Positions 39,001-52,810 are shown, numbered from the stretch's first letter. The stretch: 64,000 nucleotides of DNA from Octopus sinensis (GCF_006345805.1 NC_043024.1:17732001-17796000); one strand, 5' to 3'. The notes: generated by a model not told the origin, from the letters alone. Made by a program: numbers and translations.

Positions 39001-42000
39001 TAAAAAGCACTGGTGCTTGTGCCACATATAAAAAGCACTGGTACCTGGTGCCATGTAAAAAGCACTGGTACCTGGTGCCATGTAAAAAGCACTGGTGCTT
39101 GTGCCACATAAAAGCACTGGTACCTGGTGCCATGTAAAAAGCACTGGTGCTTGTGCCACATAAAAAGCACTGGTACCTGGTGCCATGTAAAAAGCACTGG
39201 TACCTGGTGCCATGTAAAAGCAGCACTGGTGCTTGTGCCACATAAAAAGCACTGGTACCTGGTGCCATGTAAAAAGCACTGGTACCTGGTGCCATGTAAA
39301 AAGCACTGATGCTTGTGCCAATAAAAAGCACTGGTACCTGGTGCCACATAAAAAGCACTGGTACCTGGTTCCACATATAAAAAGCACTGGTACCTGGTTC
39401 CACATAAAAGCACTGGTACCTGGTGCCATGTAAAAAAGCACTGGTGCTTGTGCCACATAAAAAGCACTGGTACTGGTGCCATGTAAAAAGCACTGGTGCT
39501 TGTGCCACATAAAAGCACTGGTACCTGGTGCCATTAAAAAGCACTGGTACATGGTGCCATGTAAAAAGCACTGGTGCTTGTGCCACATAAAAAGCACTGT
39601 ACCTGGTGCCATGTAAAAAGCACTGGTGCTTGTGCCACATAAAAAGCACTGGTACCTGGTGCCATGTAAAAAGCACTGGTGCTTGTGCCACATAAAAGCA
39701 CTGGTACCTGGTGCCATGTAAAAAGCACTGGTGCTTGTGCCACATAAAAAGCACTGGTACCTGGTGCCATGTAAAAAGCACTGGTACATGGTGCCATGTA
39801 AAAAGCACTGGTGCTTGTGCCACATAAAAAGCACTGGTACCTGGTGCCATGTAAAAAGCACTGGTGCTTGTGCCACATAAAAAGCACTGGTACCTGGTGC
39901 CATGTAAAAAGCACTGGTGCTTGTGCCACATAAAAAGCACTGGTACCTGGTGCCATGTAAAAAGCACTGGTACCTGGTGCCATGTAAAAAGCACTGGTGC
40001 TTGTGCCACATTAAAAGCACTGGTACCTGGTGCCATGTAAAAAGCACTGGTACCTGGTGCCATGTAAAAAGCACTGATGCTTGTGCCACATAAAAAGCAC
40101 TGGTACCTGGTGCCATGTAAAAAGCACTGGTGCTTGTGCCACATAAAAAGCACTGGTACCTGGTGCCATGTAAAAAGCACTGGTACCTGGTGCCATGTAA
40201 AAAGCACTGGTGCTTGTTCCACATAAAAAGCACTGGTACCTGGTGCCATGTAAAAAGCACTGGTGCTTGTTCCACATAAAAAGCACTGGTACCTGGTGCC
40301 ATGTAAAAAGCACTGAGCTTGTGCCACATAAAAAGCACGGTACCTGGTGCCATGTAAAAAGCATGCTTGTGCCACATAAAAAGCACTGGTACCTGGTGCC
40401 ATGTAAAAAGCACACCGGTACCTGGTGCCATGTAAAAAGCACTGATGCTTGTGCCACATAAAAAGCACTGGTACCTGGTGCCATGTAAAAAGCACTGGTG
40501 CTTGTTCCACATAAAAAGCACTGGTACCTGGTGCCATGTAAAAAGCATGGTGCTTGTGCCACAAAAAAGCACTGGTACCTGGTGCCATGTAAAAAGCACC
40601 GGTACCTGGTGCCATGTAAAAAGCACTGGTGCTTGTGCCACATAAAAAGCACTGGTACCTGGTGCCATGTAAAAAGCACTGGTGCTTGTTCCACATAAAA
40701 AGCACTGGTACCTGGTGCCATGTAAAAAGCACTGATGCTTGTGCCACATAAAAAGCACTGGTACCTGGTGCCATGTAAAAAGCACTGGTGCTTGTGCCAC
40801 ATAAAAAGCACTGGTACCTGGTGCCATGTAAAAAGCACCGGTACCTGGTGCCATGTAAAAAGCACTGATGCTTGTGCCACATAAAAAGCACTGGTACCTG
40901 GTGCCATGTAAAAAGCACTGGTGCTTGTTCCACATAAAAAGCACTGGTACCTGGTGCCATGTAAAAAGCACTGGGGCTTGTGCCACATAAAAAGCACTGG
41001 TACCTGGTGCCATGTAAAAAGCACCGGTACCTGGTGCCATGTAAAAAGCACTGATGCTTGTGCCACATAAAAAGCACTGGTACCTGGTGCCATGTAAAAA
41101 GCACTGGTACCTGGTGCCATGTAAAAAGCACTGATGCTTGTGCCACATAAAAAGCCTGGTACCTGGTGCCATGTAAAAAGCACTGGTGCTTGTGCCACAT
41201 AAAAAGCACTGGTACCTGGTGCCATGTAAAAAGCACTGGTACCTGGTGCCATGTAAAAAGCACTGGTGCTTGTTCCACATAAAAAGCACTGGTACCTGGT
41301 GCCATGTAAAAAGCACTGATGCTTGGCCACATAAAAAGCACTGGTACCTGGTGCCATGTAAAAAGCACTGGTACCTGGTGCCATGTAAAAAGCACTGATG
41401 CTTGTGCCACATAAAAAGCACTGGTACCTGGTGCCATGTAAAAAGCACTGGTGCTTGTTCCACATAAAAAGCACTGGTACCTGGTGCCATGTAAAATGCA
41501 CTGGTGCTTGTGCCACATAAAAAGCACTGGTACCTGGTGCCATGTAAAAAGCACCGTACCTGGTGCCATGTAAAAAGCACTGATGCTTGTGCCACATAAA
41601 AAGCACTGGTACCTGGTGCCATGTAAAAAGCACTGGTGCTTGTGCCACATAAAAAGCACTGGTACCTGGTGCCATGTAAAAAGCACCGGTACCTGGTGCC
41701 ATGTAAAAAGCACTGATGCTTGTGCCACATAAAAAGCACTGGTACCTGGTGCCACATAAAAAGCACTGGTACCTGGTGCCACATAAAAAGCACTGGTACC
41801 TGGTTCCACATACAAAGCACTGGTACCTGGTGCCATGTAAAAAGCACTGGTGCTTGTGCCACATAAAAAGCACTGGTACCTGGTGCCATGTAAAAAGCAC
41901 TGGTGCTTGTGCCACATAAAAAGCACTGGTACCTGGTGCCATGTAAAAAGCACTGGTGCTTGTGCCACATAAAAAGCACTGGTACCTGGTGCCACATAAA

Positions 42001-45000
42001 AAGCACTGGTACCTGGTGCCACATAAAAAGCACTGGTACCTGGTGCCATGTAAAAAGCACTGGTACATGGTGCCATGTAAAAAGCACTGGTGCTTGTGCC
42101 ACATAAAAAGCACTGGTACCTGGTGCCATGTAAAAAGCACTGGTACTGGTGCCACATAAAAAGCACTGGTACCTGGTGCCATGTAAAAAGCACTGGTGCT
42201 TGTGCCACATAAAAAGCCTGGTACCTGGTGCCATGTAAAAAGCACTGGTGCTTGTGCCACATAAAAAGCACTGGTACCTGGTGCCATGTAAAAAGCACTG
42301 GTACCTGGTGCCATGTAAAAAGCACTGGTGCTTGTGCCACATAAAAAGCACTGGTACCTGGTGCCATGTAAAAAGCACTGGTGCTTGTGCCACATAAAAA
42401 GCACTGGTACCTGGTGCCATGTAAAAAGCACTGGTACCTGGTGCCATGTAAAAAGCACTGGTGCTTGTGCCACATAAAAAGCACTGGTACCTGGTGCCAT
42501 GTAAAAAGCACTGGTGCTTGTGCCACATAAAAAGCACTGGTACCTGGTGCCATGTAAAAAGCACTGGTGCTTGTGCCACATAAAAAGCACTGGTACCTGG
42601 TGCCATGTAAAAAGCACTGGTGCTTGTGCCACATAAAAAGCACTGGTACTGGTGCCATGTAAAAAGCACTGGTACCTGGTGCCATGTAAAAAGCACTGGT
42701 GCTTGTGCCACATAAAAAGCACTGGTACCTGGTGCCATGTAAAAAGCACTGGTGCTTGTGCCACATAAAAAGCACTGGTACCTGGTGCCATGTAAAAAGC
42801 ACCGGTACCTGGTGCCATGTAAAAAGCACTGATGCTTGTGCCACATAAAAAGCACTGGTACCTGGTGCCATGTAAAAAGCACTGGTGCTTGTGCCACATA
42901 AAAAGCACTGGTACCTGGTGCCATGTAAAAAGCACTGATGCTTGTGCCACATAAAAAGCACTGGTACCTGGTGCCATGTAAAAAGCACTGGTGCTTGTGC
43001 CACATAAAAAGCACTGGTACCTGGTGCCATGTAAAAAGCACCGGTACCTGGTGCCATGTAAAAAGCACTGATGCTTGTGCCACATAAAAAGCACTGGTAC
43101 CTGGTGCCATGTAAAAAGCACTGGTGCTTGTTCCACATAAAAAGCACTGGTACCTGGTGCCATGTAAAAAGCACTGGTGCTTGTGCCACATAAAAAGCAC
43201 TGGTACCTGGTGCCATGTAAAAAGCACCGGTACCTGGTGCCATGTAAAAAGCACTGATGCTTGTGCCACATTAAAAGCACTGGTACCTGGTGCCATGTAA
43301 AAAGCACTGGTACCTGGTGCCATGTAAAAAGCACTGATGCTTGTGCCACATAAAAAGCACTGGTACCTGGTGCCATGTAAAAAGCACTGGTGCTTGTGCC
43401 ACATAAAAAGCACTGGTACCTGGTGCCATGTAAAAAGCACTGGTACCTGGTGCCATGTAAAAAGCACTGATGCTTGTGCCACATAAAAAGCACTGGTACC
43501 TGGTGCCATGTAAAAAGCACTGATGCTTGTGCCACATAAAAAGCACTGGTACCTGGTGCCATGTAAAAAGCACTGGTACCTGGTGCCATGTAAAAAGCAC
43601 TGATGCTTGTGCCACATAAAAAGCACTGGTACCTGGTGCCATGTAAAAAGCACTGGTGCTTGTTCCACATAAAAAGCACTGGTACCTGGTGCCATGTAAA
43701 ATGCACTGGTGCTTGTGCCACATAAAAAGCACTGGTACCTGGTGCCATGTAAAAAGCACCGGTACCTGGTGCCATGTAAAAAGCACTGATGCTTGTGCCA
43801 CATAAAAAGCACTGGTACCTGGTGCCATGTAAAAAGCACTGGTGCTTGTGCCACATAAAAAGCACTGGTACCTGGTGCCATGTAAAAAGCACCGGTACCT
43901 GGTGCCATGTAAAAAGCACTGGTGTGTGCCACATAAAAAGCACTGGTACCTGGTGCCACATAAAAAGCACTGGTACCTGGTGCCACAAAAAAGCACTGGT
44001 ACCTGGTTCCACACACATACAAAGCACTGGTACCTGGTGCCATGTAAAAAGCACTGGTACCTGGTTCCACATACAAAGCACTGGTACCTGGTGCCACATA
44101 AAAAGCACTGGTACCTGGTGCCATGTAAAAAGCACTGGTGCTTGGCCACATAAAAAGCACTGGTACCTGGTGCCATGTAAAAAGCACTGGTGCTTGTGCC
44201 ACATAAAAAGCACTGGTACCTGGTGCCACATAAAAAGCACTGGTACCTGGTGCCACATAAAAAGCACTGGTACCTGGTGCCATGTAAAAAGCACTGGTAC
44301 ATGGTGCCATGTAAAAAGCACTGGTGCTTGTGCCACATAAAAAGCACTGGTACCTGGTGCCATGTAAAAAGCACTGGTGCTTGTGCCACATAAAAAGCAC
44401 TGGTACCTGGTGCCATGTAAAAAGCACTGGTGCTTGTGCCACATAAAAAGCACTGGTACCTGGTGCCATGTAAAAAGCACTGGTGCTTGTGCCACATAAA
44501 AAGCACTGGTACCTGGTGCCATGTAAAAAGCACTGGTACCTGGTGCCATGTAAAAAGCACTGGTGCTTGTGCCACATAAAAAGCACTGGTACCTGGTGCC
44601 ATGTAAAAAGCACTGGTACCTGGTGCCATGTAAAAAGCACTGATGCTTGTGCCACATAAAAAGCACTGGTACCTGGTGCCACATAAAAAGCACTGGTACC
44701 TGGTTCCACATAAAAAGCACTGGTACCTGGTTCCACATAAAAAGCACTGGTACCTGGTGCCATGTAAAAAGCACTGGTACCTGGTGCCATGTAAAAAGCA
44801 CTGGTGCTTGTGCCACATAAAAAGCACTGGTACCTGGTGCCATGTAAAAAGCACTGGTACCTGGTGCCATGTAAAAAGCACTGGTGCTTGTGCCACATAA
44901 AAAGCACTGGTACCTGGTGCCATGTAAAAAGCACTGGTGCTTGTGCCACATAAAAAGCACTGGTACCTGGTGCCATGTAAAAAGCACTGGTACCTGGTGC

Positions 45001-46845
45001 CATGTAAAAAGCACTGGTGCTTGTGCCACATAAAAAGCACTGGTACCTGGTGCCATGTAAAAAGCACTGGTACCTGGTGCCATGTAAAAAGCACTGATGC
45101 TTGTGCCACATAAAAAGCACTGGTACCTGGTGCCACATAAAAAGCACTGGTACCTGGTTCCACATAAAAAGCACTGGTACCTGGTTCCACATAAAAAGCA
45201 CTGGTACCTGGTGCCATGTAAAAAGCACTGGTGCTTGTGCCACATAAAAAGCACTGGTACCTGGTGCCATGTAAAAAGCACTGGTGCTTGTGCCACATAA
45301 AAAGCACTGGTACCTGGTGCCATGTAAAAAGCACTGGTACATGGTGCCATGTAAAAAGCACTGGTGCTTGTGCCACATAAAAAGCACTGGTACCTGGTGC
45401 CATGTAAAAAGCACTGGTGCTTGTGCCACATAAAAAGCACTGGTACCTGGTGCCATGTAAAAAGCACTGGTGCTTGTGCCACATAAAAAGCACTGGTACC
45501 TGGTGCCATGTAAAAAGCACTGGTACATGGTGCCATGTAAAAAGCACTGGTGCTTGTGCCACATTAAAAGCACTGGTACCTGGTGCCATGTAAAAAGCAC
45601 TGGTACCTGGTGCCATGTAAAAAGCACTGGTGCTTGTGCCACATAAAAAGCACTGGTACCTGGTGCCATGTAAAAAGCACTGGTGCTTGTGCCACATAAA
45701 AAGCACTGGTACCTGGTGCCACATAAAAAGCACTGGTACCTGGTGCCACATAAAAAGCACTGGTACCTGGTGCCACATAAAAAGCACTGGTACCTGGTTC
45801 CACATAAAAAGCACTGGTACCTGGTGCCACATAAAAAGCACTGGTACCTGGTGCCATGTAAAAAGCACCGGTACCTGGTGCCATGTAAAAAGCACTGGTG
45901 CTTGTGCCACATAAAAAGCACTGGTACCTGGTGCCATGTAAAAAGCACTGGTACCTGGTGCCATGTAAAAAGCACTGGTGCTTGTGCCACATAAAAAGCA
46001 CTGGTACCTGGTGCCATGTAAAAAGCACTGGTGCTTGTGCCACATAAAAAGCACTGGTACCTGGTGCCACATAAAAAGCACTGGTACCTGGTGCCACATA
46101 AAAAGCACTGGTACCTGGTGCCACATAAAAAGCACTGGTACCTGGTGCCACATAAAAAGCACTGGTACCTGGTGCCACATAAAAAGCACTGGTACCTGGT
46201 GCCATGTAAAAAGCACCGGTACCTGGTGCCATGTAAAAAGCACTGGTGCTTGTGCCACATAAAAAGCACTGGTACCTGGTGCCATGTAAAAAGCACTGGT
46301 ACCTGGTGCCATGTAAAAAGCACTGGTGCTTGTGCCACATAAAAAGCACTGGTACCTGGTGCCATGTAAAAAGCACTGGTGCTTGTGCCACATAAAAAGC
46401 ACTGGTACCTGGTGCCACATAAAAAGCACTGGTACCTGGTGCACATAAAAAGCACTGGTACCTGGTGCCATGTAAAAAGCACTGGTACCTGGTGCCATGT
46501 AAAAAGCACTGGTGCTTGTGCCACATAAAAAGCACTGGTACCTGGTGCCATGTAAAAAGCACTGGTGCTTGTGCCACATAAAAAGCACTGGTACCTGGTG
46601 CCACATAAAAAGCACTGGTACCTGGTGCCACATAAAAAGCACTGGTACCTGGTGCCATGTAAAAAGCATGCAGCATACTCTGTAAAGTGGCTGGCACTAG
46701 AAAGGGCATCAAGCTGTAGAAACGAACCCAAAACAGACAATAAAGCCCCATGCAGCCCCTGGTCTTACCAGCTCCTGTCCAACTGAGAAACTCATTTTAG
46801 CATGGAAAATAACGATTAAATAATAATAAATGATGATGACAATGA
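36041..46845 (+). mobile_element. 5'-truncated RTE copy whose 3' UTR contains a 10.3-kb satellite
   Basis: 36041-36223 reads [43 protein letters not shown]. After the array the UTR resumes (TGTAAAGTGGCTGGCACTAGAAAGGGCATCAAGCTGTAGAAAC) and ends AGCATGGAAAA..GATGATGA. Confidence 0.9.
36346..46668. repeat. Satellite/minisatellite array of ~390 units of 27 and 26 bp
   Basis: Unit A AAAAAGCACTGGTACCTGGTGCCATGT (27 bp) and unit B AAAAAGCACTGGTGCTTGTGCCACAT (26 bp), interleaved with a few variants; unit count is length/26.6. Confidence 0.99.
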
Positions 46846-47114
46846 TGGTGCCGGCTGCAGTGGTGGCGGCAACCAAGTAGTAGTAGTAGTAGTATTTTTG
46901 TGTGTTGATGTTTCACCATATTTGCCTGAGGCAATGTGAGGCAGAAAAGCAATGACGTCATCATGTTAGCATTCTCTAGAATAAAACATCCTGAAGCTCT
47001 GCACTTTCAGAGTCCTATGGTGACAGAAGGGCATCTGGCCATAGGATGAATAGGCATCTTCCTATCACATGCCAGCAGGGATAAAAAAAAGTTTAAAGAA
47101 AGCTGATTGACATC

Positions 47115-47530
47115 TTTTATCTTTTACTTGTTTCAGTCTGTGGCCATGCTGGGGCAATGCCTTCAAGAATTTTTAGTTGAATGTATCAACCTCAGTACTT
47201 AATTTTTTAAGTTTCGTACTTATTCTATTAGTCTCTTTTGCCAAACTGCTAAGTTACAGGGATGTAAACATACCAGCACTGGTTGTGAAGCAGTGGGGAG
47301 GAACAAACAAAGACACACACAGACACGTGCTATTGGTGATTTCTTTTCCTTTTTTTCCTTCTTTAGACTTTTCTCTTCTTTCCCGACAAAGAGCTAGGCT
47401 TGAAACATCAAACTCTCTCTTTTCACCAAGCATCAATCTAATATATTCCTTGTACATACCTTCTTGTTCATTAATGTTATTTATTTGAATTCACATATAT
47501 ATATATATATATATAAATATATATAATGTG

Positions 47531-47568
<38 letters not shown>

Positions 47569-47780
47569 ATATACACACATATACATACACACACACACAC
47601 ACACATATATATGATGGGCTTCTTTCCAGCTTCCATCTACCAAATCTGCTCACAAGGCTTTGGTTGGTCCAAGGCTGTCATAGAAGACACTAGCCCGCCC
47701 AAGGTGCCATGCAGTTGGACTGAACCCAGAACCATGTGGTTGAGAAGCAAGCTTCTTACCACACAGCCACAGCTATGCCT
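47115..47780 (-). mobile_element. SINE-A tail (47115-47330) and head (47610-47780) separated by extra sequence and microsatellite
   Basis: Both halves are reverse complements of 588-986. Confidence 0.8.
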
Positions 47781-48060
47781 ATAAAGAGAATGAACAAATA
47801 ACTATGAACTGGCTGAGTTGTTTGAGCATCCAGCATCAATGCTTTGTTGTTCAGGCTCTCAACAGTGTGAGTTCAAATCCTGCCACCAACGTCAATTTTG
47901 TCATTCATCCTTTCCCAAACCCTCAATAAAGGACCATTTCAGGATTAAGGATTGGCTGAATTGTTAGAGAATCTCAAAATGTCTCAACCACTTCCCCTTT
48001 CCAGTTTATGTTCATTAAAATCTTGTAGAATATTATTTGCTAAGATCTATAGATCTAGAC

Positions 48061-48616
48061 CAGTGGTTCCCAAACTCTTTTCATCTGGGCCGTATTTTTG
48101 AATAAAATTTGCTTGTACCTCTACAAATTTTATGTGATAAAATATACATTCAAAGATTAAAAAAAACAATTAATAGTTCGTTAAACATAATATATAACAC
48201 AAAAAAACTTATGATATGATTAAAGTACACAAATTTAATGCAAGGTATAAACTTGTTTTTGTTGAGTAATCTCCTTTATATTAGGCCTAATTTGAGATAA
48301 ACAAACTCTCACCTCCTCATCAACACAAAGCCTTTCCCTCAGTTTTGCCAGAACTGAAGATCCTTGTTCACTGCAATATGTCGTGGAGAACTGTAGAAGA
48401 ATAAATAGTACTTTTGAAGAGACAGATGGATGTGGTTTCTGGTGGTATATCTAAAAAGAGTCCAATCATATTCTAAATTTTGAAGTCATATTCCTTTTTG
48501 GCATATGAATATTTTGAAACTTTCTAAATCTTTGATTGTCTTTCAATTATTCCGCTTCACCTGCTATCCTCTTCTGCCACACCTATGAGGCATACTGTAC
48601 TATTTGGGAACCACTG
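48061..48616 (-). mobile_element. hAT (Charlie/Buster-like) deletion derivative inside a family F copy
   Basis: TIRs CAGTGGTTCCCAA / TTGGGAACCACTG; TSD ATCTAGAC / AGCTAGAC (7/8, NTCTAGAN-type); LLQFSTTYCSEQGSSVL..VRVCLSQIRPNIKEI..KQVYTLH*. Confidence 0.9.
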
Positions 48617-48885
48617 AGCTAGACTGTGGAGGAAATATTACCTTACTTGGGAAAAATAAGGGGTTGGTGACAGGAAGAGTATCCATCTTTAGAAAATTTG
48701 TTTTGATAGATTCCATCCAATCCATGGAAGCATGGATGTTGAAACAATGATGATGATGACAATTTTTTTGTATCAAAATATATATTTTTGGTATCACAAA
48801 ATATGTTTTGACTTCAAAATGTTAATGATGATAATGTTGATGACGATAAGATGCTGACGGTGATAATAATGGATGTATGTGTATA

Positions 48886-48932
<47 letters not shown>

Positions 48933-49408
48933 GTTTGTATGTGTGCGTGCTTGTATGTATATATGAATATGAGCTTAACAGTGCAGCTAGCAGCCCCAAA
49001 ATTGACACCAGTCATGTAAATTTCCTATAATTCTGACAAAGTTGTGCCAGAGACATTTTGGCAATCTAAGTTTGTAAACTCTAAGATTATTATTTGTTTA
49101 TTCTGGATGGAATCCAAGAGGTAGAGATGAGCAAGGTCTGGATCAAACTGTATCCAATGACAGGAGTAAATAAAGAAGAAAAAATTATGACCAAGGTTGC
49201 CTCCCAGGTGGCATTACTGTTCTCAAGTTCTACTGGCAGATCAATACTGTTGCCTTTCCTATATACACACATATACACAACATGACATGTACATGTATGT
49301 GCCATGTGAGCATGGAACTATTAATAGCTCATAAAAATATATACTGCATTCATTAAACTATATATACATACATATATATATGTGTGTGTGTGTATACATT
49401 CATATATA

Positions 49409-49461
<53 letters not shown>

Positions 49462-50654
49462 TTTTTACACATTTCAGTCATTTGACTGTGATCATGCTGG
49501 AGCACCATGTTTCATTAAAGAAATCGATCCCAGGACTTATTCTTTGTAAGCCTAGTACTTATTTTATCAGTCTCTTTTGCCAAACTGCTAAGTTTCGGGA
49601 ACATAAACACACCACCAGCGGTTGTCAAGTGATGGTGTAGGATGATAAACACAGACATACACACACACACACAGACCTGGTTCAGAAGTATGTGGTTAAG
49701 AGGTTCACAGCACAACCACATGTGTTCATGTTCAGTTCCCCCTCTGGTGCCATCGTCTATATAATGATGGTGTTGACGATGACAACAACAACAACAACAA
49801 TGATGATGATGATGATGATGCGTGAGTGTTAACATTTGCACCAGTTTTTTTTCATCTTTCCCTTGCTTAGCGGTTTCAATTTGTCAAACAATTGAATGCT
49901 GCAGATGGATATGATAGACTGAGTCCTGTCATGTGTACTCTAACATGAGCTTTGTACTCTAAGAGTTCAAGAAAAAAAATGTGTGTGTGTGTATGATTGT
50001 GTTTCAGTGTGTATTTGCGATTCTCTGTGTGTTTGTGTTTATGATTGTGTGCGTGTATTCATGATTGTGTAAATTTGTGCTCATGTGTGTATGTCTATTC
50101 ATGGTTGTGTATATGTGTGTATATGATTGTGTGTGTATCTACATATATATGTATATGCATCAATATATATGTGCTTGTGTGTGTATCTATATGTGTGTAT
50201 GTATGTGATTATGTGTGCATCTGTGTGTGTATGTATCTACATATATCTGCATGTGTATCTATATGTATATGCATGTGTATGTATCAATATGTGTGTATAA
50301 GTGATTGTGTGTATATATAAGTGTGTAAGTATGTGTATGCATTTATCTATAGATACGTGTGTATTTCTATCTGTGTATGTGATTACACGTGTATCTATGT
50401 ATGTATGTGTGTGTGTGTGTATCAATAAATATGTGCGTGTATCTATGTGTGTGTGTGATCCTGTATGTATCTATATGTGTGTGTGTGTTTTTCTATAAAT
50501 ATGTGTGTGCATCTATATGTGTGTGTATATCTATGTATTTGTGTGTATATATATGTGTGTGTGCATATATACATGCAATTAGTTGCTGTCTCCACAGACA
50601 CTCCATTAAACATCCACAAAATATTTCTTTCTACCAAAATAGTGAGATATGTGG

Positions 50655-50870
50655 TTTTGGTAGTAGTGTCTGCAGCGGCTGTGGTGGTGGTGGTGGTGGT
50701 GGTGGTGGTGGTGGTGGTGGTAGTAGTGTCTGCAGCGGCTGTGGTGGTGTGGTGGTGGTGGTGGTGGTGGTGGTAGTAGTGTCTGCAGCGGCTGTGGTGG
50801 TGGTGGTGGTGGTGGTGGTAGTAGTGTCTGCAGCGGCTGTGGTGGTGGTGGTGGTGGTGGTGGTAATGAA
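50655..50870. repeat. Compound minisatellite: constant 20-mer with (GGT)n spacers
   Basis: GTAGTGTCTGCAGCGGCTGT occurs four times with variable GGT runs between. Confidence 0.9.
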
Positions 50871-50919
50871 CGTACTGCAAATGGCTGTTGTTGATTTTGA
50901 TATTTAAAAAACCACCGTT

Positions 50920-51123
50920 TACTATTTTACTTGTTTCAATCATTTGACTATGGCCATGCTGGAGCACCACCTTTAGTTGAGCAAATCGACACCAGGACTT
51001 ATTCTTTTTAAGCCTAGTACTTATTCTATCAGTCTCTTTTGCTGAACCGCTACATTACAGGGACGTAAACACACCAGCATCAGTTGTCAAGCGATGTTGT
51101 GGGGGGGGGACAAATACAGACAC

Positions 51124-51185
<62 letters not shown>

Positions 51186-51552
51186 GTCGGGCTTCTTTCA
51201 GTTTCTGCCTACCAAATCCACTCACAAGATTTTGGTCGGCCGGAGACTATAGTAGTTTGTGGTTTGTAAGCAAGCTACTCACCACACACCCACTCCTACG
51301 CCTATGATAACATTGTAAACAAACTTTGGTGTTTAAACTTTGTTTACGATTGTCAAAGGTTGTGAGCACCATATATACATATATACACGATGGGCTTCTT
51401 TCAGTTTCCATCTACCAAATCCACTCACTAGGCTTTGGTTGGCCCGAGGCTATAGTTGAAGATACTTGCCAAAGATGCCACACATTGGGACTGAACCTGG
51501 AACCATGTGGTTGGTAAGCAAGCTACTTACCACACAGCCACTCCTACGCCTA
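50920..51552 (-). mobile_element. SINE-A (internally deleted) plus a second SINE-A head
   Basis: 50920-51303 and 51385-51552 match family A on the reverse strand. Confidence 0.85.
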
Positions 51553-51944
51553 TTTGATAAGAATTTTTTTTACAAAACCCCCAGTTTTTATGAACCAAAT
51601 TAGGAGAAGATTGGACAAAGTACTTTAAGCATTTCTTTTGGCTCTGAACATTTTGAGTTCAAATCCTTCAGAGGTCAACTTCGCTTTTCATCCTTCTAGC
51701 ATTGATAGAATAGGTACCAGTTGAACACTGGGAGTCAATGTTATAAATTAGCCTTCTCCATGCCTCTCAAAATTTCAACTCTTCTGGTTGTTGTAGAAAA
51801 GATTATTATTGTTCTGAGTTCAAATTCCACCAAAGTCAACTTTAGCCTTTCATCCTTTCAGGGTTGATAAAATAAGTACCAGTTGCATACTGGTTTCTGG
51901 TAGGTCTTGACAGATACGTTTATTATTATTATTATTATTATTAT

Positions 51945-52314
51945 TATTGCCTCCACCAAGGAAGGAGGTTATGTTTTCATCAGCATTGGTTTGTCCGTCT
52001 GTGTGCAAAATAACTCAAAAAAGTTGTGAACGGTATTTGATGAAACTTGCAGGAAATGTTGGTAAAGAAACAGATGATGAAATTTTGGTAGTGATTCGGG
52101 AATTTTTATGGAATTTTGAAGGAATTTTCATTTGTTATATTTATTTTACATGAAGTATTACATTACGTTCTTTGATTATCTCCCATGAAAACATGTTCAT
52201 CGTTTCCACATAAGCTATGGTGGCGTTGCTGTTTCCAAAGTTTATTTCCGTTTCTCTATTAGTAATTTTACTTGCATATCTATCTTAAAATGAGTTGCTT
52301 AGCAGAGGTCTGCG
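51945..52314 (+). mobile_element. Helentron/DINE-like non-autonomous element
   Basis: 5' CCTCCACCAAGGAAGGAGGTTATGTTTTCA and 3' GCAGAGGTCTGC subterminal motif; a shorter sister copy is at 53501-53631. Confidence 0.6.
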
Positions 52315-52319
52315 GAGGA

Positions 52320-52810
52320 TGACAAGATGACAAGCCTTGACTATTGGGATCAACTAAAAAAGCTCAGGCTTTGCTCCCTCTACCACCGCTGTGAGCTCTA
52401 TATCATCTGTAAGATGTGAAAAATATTCCATCAACTTTGCCCATCTTTAAAATTTGTCTGAGGCTCCCCCCCCCCCGCCATCCATCCACTACAGAAATGT
52501 TTGTGTCGTATCACAAAACTATGACAGAACTATTTTACCTCAGTTGGCCCTGCTCTCTTCAACATCATGCCAGACACATATAAAGGAGGAAAGTGACTTC
52601 ACGGCATTCAAACAATCCCTAGATGATTAACCCCAACAAATGCCAGATAAACCACCCACACCCAGACATTCTCTATGAACAATACCCCTCTGCTTGAATG
52701 GGCTACAGTTCCTCAGAGCTGACTGTGTGTCTCTTCCAGGTGGTGCTATTAAATTAGACATGGCCTGAGTCAACTTCGGTTGAAACTTATCTAAGTAATG
52801 TAATCTATGC
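52320..52810 (+). mobile_element. Degenerate CR1/L2-like LINE 3' fragment
   Basis: LDYWDQLK; GPALFNIMP..SDFTAFKQSLD..MPDKPPTP..LLEW, with frameshifts. Confidence 0.7.

Noticed and set aside
36346-46668. CRISPR-like array
   Set aside because: No unique spacers, no cas genes, eukaryotic context.
36209-46751. Minus-strand ORFs of 1000-3066 aa
   Set aside because: The unit lacks TTA, CTA and TCA on +, so all three minus frames stay open and encode the same peptides in rotation; the + strand has TAA in every unit. This is a repeat artefact, not a gene.
50389-50970. Gly/Val/His-rich ORFs
   Set aside because: Produced by (TG)n and (GGT)n repeats.
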